NCBI GenBank assembly: GCA_003693705.1
Contig: RBZT01000478.1
Location: 1 to 48,632, forward strand
Length of the DNA: 48,632 nucleotides
Direction of reading: 5' to 3'
Source of the DNA: Polymyxa betae A26-41
Lineage: Eukaryota; Protista; Endomyxa: Phytomyxea
Part shown: positions 1 through 9,731 of the stretch, one piece after another
How the letters are laid out: each line of letters opens with the position of its first letter
How positions within the stretch are numbered: the first letter of the stretch is position 1
Notes under the pieces: model-generated
Database searches by the model: none
What the model was told of the DNA's origin: nothing
Seen by the model: only the letters and a program-made list of their open reading frames with translations
Position numbers and translations under genes: made by a program

Positions 1-169
1 GAAATAGAAAAGGGGAAGGACTGAATATAAGGCAACGACAAATGTATTAGAAAGGAGGAAGAGGAGGAGAAGGTAGGTGAGAGGCAAACTTAGATGATAC
101 GGAATGCTCGACGAGACGTCAGGAGGAGGAAGTCGATCGAGATCGGGTATACAACTACAGTAGCTAGAT

Positions 170-1549
170 TCACGGGACGAAACACTGTGACGGGATGTAG
201 GAACTGCAGGACAGGGTCATGACAGTTTGCGATTGAGCGACCCAGTTCTTCGGTTGGTACTGCATGGCAACAGAGTCAGGGACGACAGCCGGGGCGCCTA
301 AAGGGGTGCCCGGCTCAAGTTCGGAGGCAATAGTACGAGCCTGCTCCGAGGCAGCACGATCCAAAACAATCGGCCAATCTGCAACCGCTTCTCGCAACAC
401 ACGAGAAACCAGTTGACGCTTGGCATCGAGAGTCGGCTGACACCGAATACACTCACAGACAGGGCGAACCAAACCCGGAGCAAACGCGCCACGACCACGT
501 CGACACTCGCCATACAGATCGATATACTGAAACCTTTCTTTAATAGGTTCCTGTTCTTGGATTTCTTCAAAAACTTGCTCGATCGACCAGTTCGACGTAA
601 CGATAAAATATTGCGGACGAATCTTCATGTAACCACGCTTGGGCTGCACAAGAACAGGATAGAAATCAGCCCACTCCTTCAGATCCGTCGCGTTAAAATG
701 CTCAGTAATGTTACGTTTCGCCACCTCGGCCATATAGACGATCGGCTCGTCACGATAACCATCCCACCACTTGTTGGCGCCTTTACGATAAACTTGATCT
801 TTTGGGAAAAAAACATCAACAAAATAACTTTTTCCCACATTAGAAGGACCATGAATACACAGATTACGGCGCGCGGCAAGGTTGGGAAGCGAACGTGACG
901 CCAGATACTCGTTCCGATCGGTGATCAGCGCATTCGGATGACGCATCCGCATAGAAGGGCAGACATCATCCCACTTAAACGAGCGATTTAAATCGAACGC
1001 CGCCTTCGCGATCTCCTTGAAAGCCTGCTTATGAGCAGGGCGAAGCGGACGAACACCACGCTCTTCACAGTCCCATGTAGGGTTGGGACCTTCCTTGTTA
1101 GGAAGTTCGGTACCTTTCGTACAATAACAAAAACAATTCCAACGCGAATGCGCGTAGGTCGTCTTCTGGCCATCAGGCAACACGTTGGTGACATTATCAA
1201 GATGCGCGTCTTCAATCCCGAGTTCGGTCTTGAGAGTACGACCACGCATCCCATATCCGACTTCGACATAGCATTGAAGATGGGGGCCTTGCCGCTGAGT
1301 TAACTCGCGCCCGAAAACCAAATACCGACACCAATCCTTTTCGATTAGCGATACAAACGCCGCCACACGCTCTTCATGCGTCTCGTCGGTGTAGTGAATC
1401 GTAACCAGCCAATACTTCGCCTGCTTGTTGAGAGTGGGATCGGCGTTAGGGTTACGCCGCGGAGCACCCGCACCACGACGGCGGCCTCCGTGATTGTTGC
1501 GAGGCCGCGCGGGGGCATCCTCAGCCTCAATATCTAAAAAATTGACCAT
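170..1549 (-). CDS. rep: CRESS-DNA virus-type replication initiator Rep (HUH endonuclease + SF3 helicase), intronless, about 459 aa from ATG 1549 (ORF open to 1606)
   Basis: RCR motif I WLVTIHY, motif II PHLQCY, motif III YCTK. Walker A GPSNVGKS, KWWDGY, Walker B-like IVYMAE, LKEWADFYP, motif C IVTSN, Arg-finger-like KERF. Order and spacing match circo-like Reps. Confidence 0.93.
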   Translation of the reverse strand: MVNFLDIEAEDAPARPRNNHGGRRRGAGAPRRNPNADPTLNKQAKYWLVTIHYTDETHEERVAAFVSLIEKDWCRYLVFGRELTQRQGPHLQCYVEVGYGMRGRTLKTELGIEDAHLDNVTNVLPDGQKTTYAHSRWNCFCYCTKGTELPNKEGPNPTWDCEERGVRPLRPAHKQAFKEIAKAAFDLNRSFKWDDVCPSMRMRHPNALITDRNEYLASRSLPNLAARRNLCIHGPSNVGKSYFVDVFFPKDQVYRKGANKWWDGYRDEPIVYMAEVAKRNITEHFNATDLKEWADFYPVLVQPKRGYMKIRPQYFIVTSNWSIEQVFEEIQEQEPIKERFQYIDLYGECRRGRGAFAPGLVRPVCECIRCQPTLDAKRQLVSRVLREAVADWPIVLDRAASEQARTIASELEPGTPLGAPAVVPDSVAMQYQPKNWVAQSQTVMTLSCSSYIPSQCFVP

Positions 1550-1707
1550 TATGAGAGTGAAGTTGAAACCTGGGACCATACTTGATAACTGTGCCGGCGC
1601 CGGCACACAGGTTTCAAAAGTCCGCGACTGGCGAAGAGGGGTCCCGCGAGGATTTCCACCAACCAGATCCTCGGGTTCGCGCTAAACTTGAAACTTGTTA
1701 TCTGTTA

Positions 1708-1786
1708 ATCACCCGTCATATATAATACACCCGCGGAGGGCTGCGCACCGCCCGCGGGCCCCGCTAGCGCGGGGATGACGGGTGAT
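1708..1786. promoter_or_regulatory. Putative Rep origin/promoter: branched stem-loop
   Basis: Perfect 12-bp inverted repeat ATCACCCGTCAT (1708-1719) / ATGACGGGTGAT (1775-1786). It encloses hairpins CCCGCGG/CCGCGGG (1730-1736/1752-1758) and CCCCGC/GCGGGG (1759-1764/1769-1774), plus an unpaired ATATAATACA (minus strand TGTATTATAT; TATA-like and nonanucleotide-like). Confidence 0.55.
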
Positions 1787-2018
1787 CTCGCCGGCCCGCA
1801 AGCGGGCACCCCGGCTCGGGGTCAGGTCTCTTGGCAGCCGCGATCGTTAGGACAGATTAATTTACAGGCCGAGGCGCTGACGCGCCGGGCCTGAACCCAA
1901 TAAAATTGGTGAATGGGGGGGCGTTGGCTTCGCCTTGGCCGTCGGGTCCGCTGCCCGCAGGCAAAAAGCGCCTGCGCACGCGACCCTCCTCATCTATTCG
2001 CAGCTTGGGCTCGCTTAA

Positions 2019-2142
2019 TCCACTGGAGGTATCCAGTGGAGTTGTTCTCCAGTGGAGGAGTTAGCTACAGTGGAGTTGTTCTCCAGTGGAGGAGTTAGCT
2101 ACAGTGGAGATCATCTAACCTTAAATTTAATATCCAGTGGAG
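2019..2142. repeat. Iteron-like array: CAGTGGAG x6, including two tandem copies of a 34-bp unit
   Basis: CAGTGGAG at 2034, 2050, 2068, 2084, 2102 and 2135. 2034-2067 is identical to 2068-2101. Core TCCANTGGA is palindromic (also TCCACTGGA at 2019). Confidence 0.85.
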
Positions 2143-2212
2143 ATCATTTTCATTAAATGAATAAAGAATTTATATTAGAAGAAAGGGAATATAGGAAACA
2201 CGTCACGAACAT

Positions 2213-2482
2213 TCAAGCCTGTATAGACTTTAAATATTCTTCTGCTTCTTGATATGTCTTAAAGGATTTATCTATTCTTAAATCTTTACGTTTCACTTGA
2301 ATTCTATATGTATTCCTATCTGTGATATGAATTGTTATTTTCTTATAATTAGGGTTCTGTTCGTTCTTCTTTTGGTAATATCCATTAAAGTATTCCTTTC
2401 GTTTTTGATAGTCGCATTTGTGGCATATGTTCTTATTATTCTTTAATTTATTTTCCGCTGAATTACAGATTTTACAGACCAT
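2213..2482 (-). CDS. Small basic protein, 89 aa: N-terminal CxxC...CxxC Zn-binding motif and C-terminal AP2/integrase-arm-like DNA-binding segment
   Basis: CKIC...CHKC and YRIQVKRKDLRIDKSFKTYQEAEEYL. Very AT-rich and intronless. A homologous decayed copy lies at 23.8-24.1 kb. Confidence 0.7.
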   Translation of the reverse strand: MVCKICNSAENKLKNNKNICHKCDYQKRKEYFNGYYQKKNEQNPNYKKITIHITDRNTYRIQVKRKDLRIDKSFKTYQEAEEYLKSIQA

Positions 2483-2618
2483 TAATTTTATTACACCTTA
2501 TTTTTTAAAATTAATTTTGAGTTTAAAAGAAAAATATATTTGGGCGGAAAATTTTTTTAGATTTGATATTTTTAGAAATTGGGAATTGGTAAATGACAAT
2601 CTGGGTATTTTTTTGAAA

Positions 2619-2641
2619 TTAGGGTTTAGGGTTTAGGGTTT
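2619..2641 (+). repeat. Interstitial telomeric tract (T)TTAGGG x3
   Basis: ttagggtttagggtttagggttt. Confidence 0.85.
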
Positions 2642-2813
2642 ATTACGTTATTGGGTGTTATAACGTGATATTATTGAAAATGGAAATTGAAAAATGGCAA
2701 ATTGAAAAATTAACAAAAGCGGTTTTTGAGATGGGCGAAAGGTCGGTTTTTGTATGGGAAAATGAACTTGTGGGAGGAATTCATACAGGCTCGCATTTTT
2801 GAAATCTATTTAG

Positions 2814-3141
2814 GCGTTTGAAAGTAGAGTCCCGTTGCCTGCCACCATGCCGCTCAAGGTAGTTGCGGGATTCGCTCCGCAGCCTCCAATTCCTCTCATG
2901 GCGCCTCGTGGGGCTGCAGGAATACCTGAAGCGGTTGCGGCTGTATTCGCAGCCCCTCCCCCTGCGCCGGGGTTGGTGTGGTTCCTCCACCTGCGATTGC
3001 GCTGTGGCGCAACACCAACGATGTCATTCGGCTCAGATAGGGTATCTGTGCCGCTGGTACAATACTACGGCTGGGATCGTGCCTGGCGACCACTTTCAGG
3101 AACAGCGCAGGAAGTTCCAAAACTTTCTGCGAGGATTGTAA
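2814..3141 (+). pseudogene. Frameshifted copy of exon 2 of the Ala/Pro-rich gene at 6.2-7.0 kb
   Basis: Near-identical DNA to 6635-6970 with small deletions that split the frame. Exon 1 is missing. Confidence 0.75.
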
Positions 3142-3719
3142 GAAATAAAATAAATGTTGTTTTTTCATCTCTCATTTACTTTCAACAAATCGGATAGATT
3201 GTAGCAATTGGAAAGTTATCACTACTGAATAAACACTTCTTGCAATCTGTTCAGTGGATCGTCTTTTCATCAATGTGTTCAGATTCAATACTGGCGTTGT
3301 CTTCCACTTATTGAAATAAAACAAGAAACCTTTTCTATATAATGATGTCATCAATGAAACAAATACTGTATTTTAAATAAAACCTCATAAGACCCAATAA
3401 GGTGTCGTCTTTGAAATCGATTCTCAAAAATGACGAATTATAAGACCCTATTATTCTATGGGTTCCTAGTAGGAAGGCACGACCTGATTTCGGATCTGGG
3501 GGTATCCGCATTCGGCAAGTCGATCACAGCCAGCCTTTGTTCACGTAGGAGACAAACGACACAGACATCCTAAAGCTGTTGAATAAAATTACTTTACCAC
3601 TGAAGCTAATCACTGGACAGTTTTGTTTGTTGGCTTCCTAGGGCTTTACAAATAAAATAGAGCATATTTTATAGAATGACGACTTAAAGTTTCTTGTGCC
3701 CTATTATTTGCAGCAATTT

Positions 3720-4200
3720 ACTCACTACTGAAGACATTATCGATAAAAAAACGCTTCGGAGGTGGAAAACGGCAAGGAATTACGTCTTTCCATTGGATGG
3801 TTACAAAAATTCAAGAAACGCCATCATCTGCAAAGTTTCGTTTGCATGGAGAGGCGTCAGAGGCTGACTTCAAAAGCGCTTATGATGCTGTCCTAGACAT
3901 CCCCGCAATTGTCGTGCTCTTTAATCCAGATGATATTTCATGTTTGACGAATCTGCTCTTTACTTTTCTGGAAAGCACATTCAAAGAAATAAAGATAACC
4001 TGTCTCTCGAACATTCAGATTCTGGCTTCAATGGTCATGCCATTATAAGGAGGAATGACTGGAGCAAATTACCAGTTTGAATCCCTTTCGTTCTCGATTT
4101 TTCAGTCGTTTACCCTGTCAAATTCGGCGTCTCCCGGAAACGGTGATAGCGACACGTCTGGATCTGACCATCCCAACAGATGCAAATGAATATTGGATTA
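3720..4200 (+). mobile_element. pogo/Tc5 (CENP-B HTH, DDE_1) transposase relic, copy 1
   Basis: GKELRLSIGWLQKFKKRH..(frameshift)..FRLHGEASEAD resembles the pogo/Tigger HTH-CENPB consensus (SxGWLxxFKxRH...LHGEAxxAD). Confidence 0.65.
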
Positions 4201-4919
4201 CAAGAATTGATGTCAACGATGAACTCATGTGATGCCGCCGAACTTTGTATGCATCGACAGCATCGACACCCAAATGACCAGCATCAGGATTACACACATT
4301 ACGGAGACGTTATGCCTGGAGATAAGCACAGTGCCCGGTTCTCACTTCCAGGCGCGCTGAGGCCCCGCCACACAGTTTGAGTTCGGCGCCAAAAGAGGCG
4401 CACGTTTTCGAATTTCGAGGGTTCTCTACAGATTTCTCTCACTCTCTGCACATAACCTAACTGCGACATGGATCCACACATGTAACATGAAAATGTAACA
4501 TGTTACACATGTTTGCAGATCTGAGTACAACAATCTCTATTTTGCCCAAATACAGAATTGTCCTTCCAAGTCAAATCCTGTCCAATATATTCCACATGTC
4601 GAGGATGTTTTGGACTCCTCTAATCTTTCATAGTCCTTTGGGTAGTTGCTGTCTATCGATGGCGCCGGCGCCATGTCGAATCCAAATCCGGACATTGCCC
4701 GCTCTGCTGTTAGCATTCGAAGCATCGTAGGGAGCGACGTCGAGCGCGATGTAAGAAGCTTTAGCATTCATTTGCATCGTTTGACATTTTGCTGAAAAAT
4801 GCTGCTGGCGAAGCGTTGTGCCGAATTTGAAAAAATGTTATCGGAGAGCAACGAACAAATGCTAGAACAGTTCGAGAAGCTGCACGTTCTCGATGAGCAA
4901 GGGAAGTTGTGACTTCCTG

Positions 4920-5660
4920 AAACTATTATACGATCCCAGCCTTGTGGAGGCACAAAGTCTGAGTTCCTATACCAGCGATAAAAAGGCTGAAGAAGGCTAC
5001 AAATAGGCTGACATTGAAGCTGGATTATGCCAGCGGCTTCGTCGGACGCCTTGGGGGCAAGGCTGGCAATCAAGCTAGCCACCATCATCGACTTGGGATC
5101 AGACCCAGACGAAGCAATTTCAACTCCTCATGATCATATCTGAATTGACAGCTGGCGCCGCTTCGCAGTGCAACTGTACAAACTATGGAAAATGCTTGCA
5201 GGCTGTGAACGAAGCGAGAGACCCCTTATTGCCCCATAAGGCTTATCTAAGATCTGGGTGATTTAACAGAGGGAGTCTTCGCCGCCCTGCAATGTCACTG
5301 TGTAAGCCTCATGTTACGACAATATGACGCGTTTGTAGTAGTACAGTCCTCCTCTATAACGACACTCTTTATAAAGACAGCCCCATAGAAGCCAGATAAT
5401 GTTACTTCGTACAAAATGGCCAACCTCCTCGCTTTGAAAACTTTGGGTTTTATAGAGGTTGGAAAATCAGGCTGCGTGATGCGATGGAGGATGTATCTGA
5501 TCTCATCGAGATGTTTATCTATATCCAAATTCCACTTGATTTGCTTTTTTTGTGCTCGGTTAGAGCGGAACAATGTTGTCTGGATGAGATTGGGATTGGA
5601 TTGCACTAATTGTTCGCACCTTTCGGTAGAGTGGGCGGCACAGTCGCCCTAATGCGGTAT
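4920..5660 (-). mobile_element. Possible highly decayed Ty3/Gypsy RT/RNaseH fragments
   Basis: GVEIASSGSDPKSMMVASLIASLAPKASDE resembles the RT primer-grip/thumb (GhvIsxxGixPdxxkVxaixxxxxPk). KQIKWNLDIDKHLDEIRYIL...PDF...GFYGAVF resembles connection/RNaseH. The fragment order is not canonical. Confidence 0.3.
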
Positions 5661-6158
5661 CGTAGCAGATCTTCCTCATGTCTGACACAAAGTCAAGGAT
5701 CTCGTGATAGAGATGAGTCATGAGCAGAACTTGTTAGGTCGTTCGACAACACCTATCAGACAAACTCTATATGAATGGCTAGAATTCTCCGAGCCTACCG
5801 ATGCAAAGCGATAAGTCATACTGTACTTCAATGAGGATTTCGGTTAAATTTGTTAAGAAAATCGGCCTGAGAAAATATCACCGTTTAGTCAGTTGAAAGT
5901 TAACAAGATAATATGGTAAATATACAAATATCCGGAATTGAATTGTTGTATGCCTCATCTCATGATTCATCTCCATGACTCATCGCGATTTCTCGACAAC
6001 CTTGCGGGTTGCAAGGATGATCCAGCGGATCTAAAAGAGCCCCTGCAGCGATCTGCTGCCGCACTTCCGAGCCATCCCAAACTTGAATCTCTACTACCAA
6101 TGATGTGATGAAACGGCCACTTGTTAAATAGAGAAACACTTCGAACGCATTCGAAATT

Positions 6159-6970
6159 TTGACTTTTGAGCACCTGCACTGCGCAACCCATTCATTTCCA
6201 CTTGCAGCATTCCTATTAACGGCTGGCCTGCCTCCATCCCCGAATTTCGTGAATGCTGCCGCCAACAACCCAAACCTGGCCATCAACACACCTGCAGTTC
6301 CGGCAGGTGGAGTCACGGCCGCCGTCGTCGGTCGGCAATCCAGACGAAGGCGCAGGATCCGCGAGATCCATGCACTTTCTCCCGCCTACATCACCGATCA
6401 GGAGTTAGGCCTCGCTGAGATTCGAACCAGCGCGGCTGTAGCACAAGCTGCAGGCCCTGCGGTAGCGCCTCTGTGGTTTGCTCCGGCGTTTGCCCAGGCG
6501 TTTGCCCTGGCAATGCCGGCGGCGTTGGCACCGATAGAAGGCCGGATCGAAAACATTTCCCGTTTTCAAGCCAACTATCAGGTAAGCATTTGTAATTCGA
6601 ATCATATTAACAATTGGTTGAGAAATCTATTTAGGCGTTTGAAAGTAGAGTCCCGTTGCCTGTCACGATGCCGTTCAAGGTAGTTGCGGGATTCGCTCCG
6701 CAGCCGCCAATTCCTCTCATGGCGCCTCGTGGGGCTGCGGGAATACCTGCTGCGGTTGCGGCTGTATTCGCAGCCCCTCCCCCAGCGCCGGGGGTTGGTG
6801 TGGTTCCTCCACCAGCGATTTCGGTGTGGCGCAACACCAACGATGCCATGACGTCGGCTCAGATAGGGTACCTGTGCCGCTGGTACAACAACACTGCAAG
6901 GATCGTGGCTGGCGACCACGTTCAGGAACAGCGCAGGAAGTTCCAAAACTTTCTGCGAGGATTGGATTAA
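6159..6970 (+). CDS. Ala/Pro-rich hypothetical protein with a weakly Mug135/DUF1773-like C-terminus; start uncertain; intron 6582-6634
   Basis: A phase-0 GT(AAGC)...TTTAG intron joins ...RFQANYQ to AFESRVPLPVTMPFKVV...IGYLCRWYNNTARIVAGDHVQEQRRKFQNFLRGLD. Confidence 0.5.
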
Positions 6971-7559
6971 TTAAATAAATTCTACCGAGATAACACACAT
7001 ATTCTTGTTTTTTCATCTCATTTACTTGGCAACAATTTTGATAGATTGTAGCAATTGGAAAGTTACCACTGATTAAACATTTTTTGCAATCTGTTCATTG
7101 GAACGTCTTTTCACTTCAATAATATCTCCAGATTCAATACTGGCGTTGTCTTCCATACTGATCGAAGGAAAACCAGAAACCTTTACCATATAATGATGTC
7201 ATTAATGAACACATATTAGAAAATGGCACCCCATAAGACCGAATAAGGTGTCGTTTTTGAAATCGATCTTTAAAACGACAAAATTATAAGACCGAGTATT
7301 ATACAATGGGTTTCTTGTAAGAAGGCATGCCGGCCCAACAATCTCAAAGCCCGATTTCGGATTCTGGGGATAATCGCATTCGGCAGGTCGATTATTGCCA
7401 AGTTTTTAGTAGGACAGCCTAAAGTTGTTTGATAAAATTATTTTACCACTGAAGCTAATCACTGGACATTTTGTTTGTTGGCTTCCTAGGCCTAACAGCT
7501 ACTATAATTACAAACTAAATAGTGCACATTTTGTAGTGACAACCTGAAGTGGGCGAAAT

Positions 7560-8100
7560 CCCCACCTCTGCAACTTCATTTCTTTAGATTCTTGTGCCCA
7601 CCTAATGCAACAATTTACTCATTACAGAGGACAAAATAGTTCAAAGCTTCGGAGGTGAAAAACGGCAAGGAATTACGTCTTTCCAATGGACGGCTACAAA
7701 AATTCAAGAAACGACATAAGCTGAAAAGATTTATTTTGCATGGAGAGGCGTCAGAGGCTGATTTCAAAAGTGCTTATGATGCTGTCCGCTACGTTCCCGC
7801 AATTATCGTGCTCTTCAATCCAGATAATGTTTCAAGCTTGACGAAAATTTTAACAGCTCTTTTCTGGAAATAAAGCTAACCAATTTCTCAAACGTTCAGA
7901 TGCTGGCTTCAAAGGACATGTGATTATAAGGAAGGATGACTGGAGCACATTACCAGTTTGAATCCCTTTCGTTCTCGATCTTTCAGTTGTCTATCCTGTC
8001 AAGTTAGGCGTCTGCCGGAAACGGTGTTAGCGACACGTCTGGATCTGGCCATCCCAACAGATGCGTATGAATATTGGAGTTACAAGAATCGATGTCAACG
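7560..8100 (+). mobile_element. pogo/Tc5 transposase relic, copy 2
   Basis: KELRLSNGRLQKFKKRHKLKRFILHGEASEAD...NPDNV...ALFWK matches the HTH-CENPB region and the degenerate NxDETxLFWK region. Confidence 0.7.
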
Positions 8101-8505
8101 ATGAACTCATGTGACGCCGCCGAACTTTGTATGCATCGACACCCGAGTGACCAAATGAAGGATTAAAAGAGATGTTATGACAAAAGCACAGCAGTGCCAG
8201 GCTCTCAGTTCCAGCCGCGCCGAGGCTCCGCCACACAGTTGGAGTTCGTCGCGCCTACAGAGGCGCACGTTTTCGAATTTCGAGGGTTCTCTACTTCTCT
8301 GCGACTGTGCGACTTGTATCCACACATGTATAACATGTTACACATGTTCGCAACATGTTCGCAGTAATACTGAATACATACAGCAATCTCTATTTTGCCC
8401 AGCTACAGAGTTGTGGCCTCCTTCCAAGTCAATATTTTCCACATGTCGAGGATGTTTTGGACTCCTCTAATCTTACATATCTTATTGTGTAGTGGCTGTC
8501 TATCG

Positions 8506-9436
8506 ATGGCGCCGCCATGTCACCGCCCGTTCTTGACAGCACTTTTCCGCCAGCATCTGACGACGACCAGCGTCGGGCGCTACGTCCACCACTTCGAGAA
8601 GACGACCTCGACCATGGACGAGGCTCGCACTCTGATGCAGACCGCCGCCCATGGAACAATGGTCTTTGTCGCTTTCACCTTTGGTTTCGTATTCCCAAAT
8701 TTTAGCTGTTTAGATTATTGCTGATTATCAATCGAACGGCGTTGGGAGAGGCGATGGGCGTGTCTGGTCCAGTCCAGCTTACGAGAACATCTATGTGACG
8801 TTCATTCTGCATCCGAATTCATTCACCGATGCGGTTCGAATCAATTTAGGCGTCGGCGTTGCTGTGACGAACGCGATCCGAGCGTTTGGCGTAGCCAATG
8901 CTGGCGTCAAATGGCCGAACGACGTCTGGGCGGACGGGAAGAAGCTGGCCGGCGTTTTGGCGAATACCATGGTGACGTCGGGGAAGTTAGTGTTGATGGT
9001 TGGTATTGGCATCAATGTTAACGAGACGATATCGTCGAATCCGAATTCGGACGTTGCCCGCTCTGCTGTCAGCATTCGAAGCATCGTAGGATGCGACGTC
9101 GAGCGCGAAGTAAGAAGCTGTAGCATTCATTTGCGGCGTCTGACATTTTGCTGAAAGATGCTGCTGGCGAAGCTTTGTGCCGAAATTGAAAAAATGTTAT
9201 CGAAGAGCAACGAACAGATGCTAGAAGAGTTCAAGAAGCTGCACGTCCTCGATGGGCAGAAAATTGTCGTCATGCCGAGAAAACTCGAACATCGCGACGA
9301 TCATTACGAAGCGGTTTGTATTGGCGTCGCCCCGACCGGGGAGCTTCGTGTTCGTGTCAATGGTGTTGAGAAGCTTTTGTCGTCCGAGGAGGTCAGCATT
9401 CGCCCGCGTGTCGATGCTTCCCTTTCAGGACAATAA
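8506..9436 (+). CDS. Biotin-protein ligase (BirA/BPL catalytic + C-terminal domain); introns 8662-8713 and 9110-9157
   Basis: STMDEA, ADYQSNGVGRGDGRVWSSP, KWPNDVWADGKKLAGVL, VGIGINVN, and C-terminal GVAPTGELRV...SEEVSIRP. Both introns keep the frame. Confidence 0.88.
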
Positions 9437-9731
9437 TAAGCGGTGGTCATGAGCTCAAATGAGAGACCAACAGATGCTTTCAATCTTTGTTCATATCTCA
9501 AGTAAGGTATAGTCTTTCGATTCGGCAATCTTTTTCGGTAAATTCTGATAATTCTTTAGTTTCGTCATACAGTCAATTTACCCAGTAAAATGTCAAGACA
9601 GCAATAATTATAATCTATTAGGTCGCGTAGTTTATTTACGATTTCGCCAAAGAGAGAGCTTCTCGGAATTATTGGCCTCAGATTGGATCAGAGCGTGAAG
9701 TTGTTTTTCAGTGTGATAATCCTGTTAGGGT

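Larger units (their letters stand above)
170..2641 (-). mobile_element. Endogenous CRESS-like/Rep-encoding element (rep + hairpin region + iteron-like repeats + small Zn/AP2-like ORF + telomeric tract); left boundary may lie outside the window
   Basis: Co-located viral-type rep, structured intergenic region and an AT-rich intronless ORF that differ in composition from the host genes. Host-type duplicated sequence resumes at 2801. Confidence 0.65.
2801..4894 (+). repeat. Degenerate direct duplicate of about 6622-8520, plus a BPL fragment matching about 9030-9254
   Basis: Homology begins at gaaatctatttaggcgtttgaaagtagagtccc (2801 vs 6622) and runs through the pogo relic. It jumps from the BPL start to the exon 2/3 region. 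Confidence 0.88.

Noticed and set aside
413-1303. Plus-strand ORFs overlapping rep as a possible capsid gene
   Set aside because: They are short antisense frames with no Arg-rich N-terminus or jelly-roll-like character.
1996-2004. ATTCGCAGC match to the 26-bp direct repeat at 23599/24232
   Set aside because: Only 9 bp, and also present at about 2945 and 6766 in unrelated coding DNA, so probably chance.
2034-2142. CRISPR-like appearance of the repeat array
   Set aside because: The intervening sequences are themselves repeated and only 8-10 bp long, there are no cas genes, and the context is eukaryotic.
2638-2670. GTTTATTAC plus an adjacent hairpin (2641-2670) as the canonical CRESS origin
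   Set aside because: TATTAC falls in the stem rather than the loop and does not match NANTATTAC. Kept only as a weak alternative.
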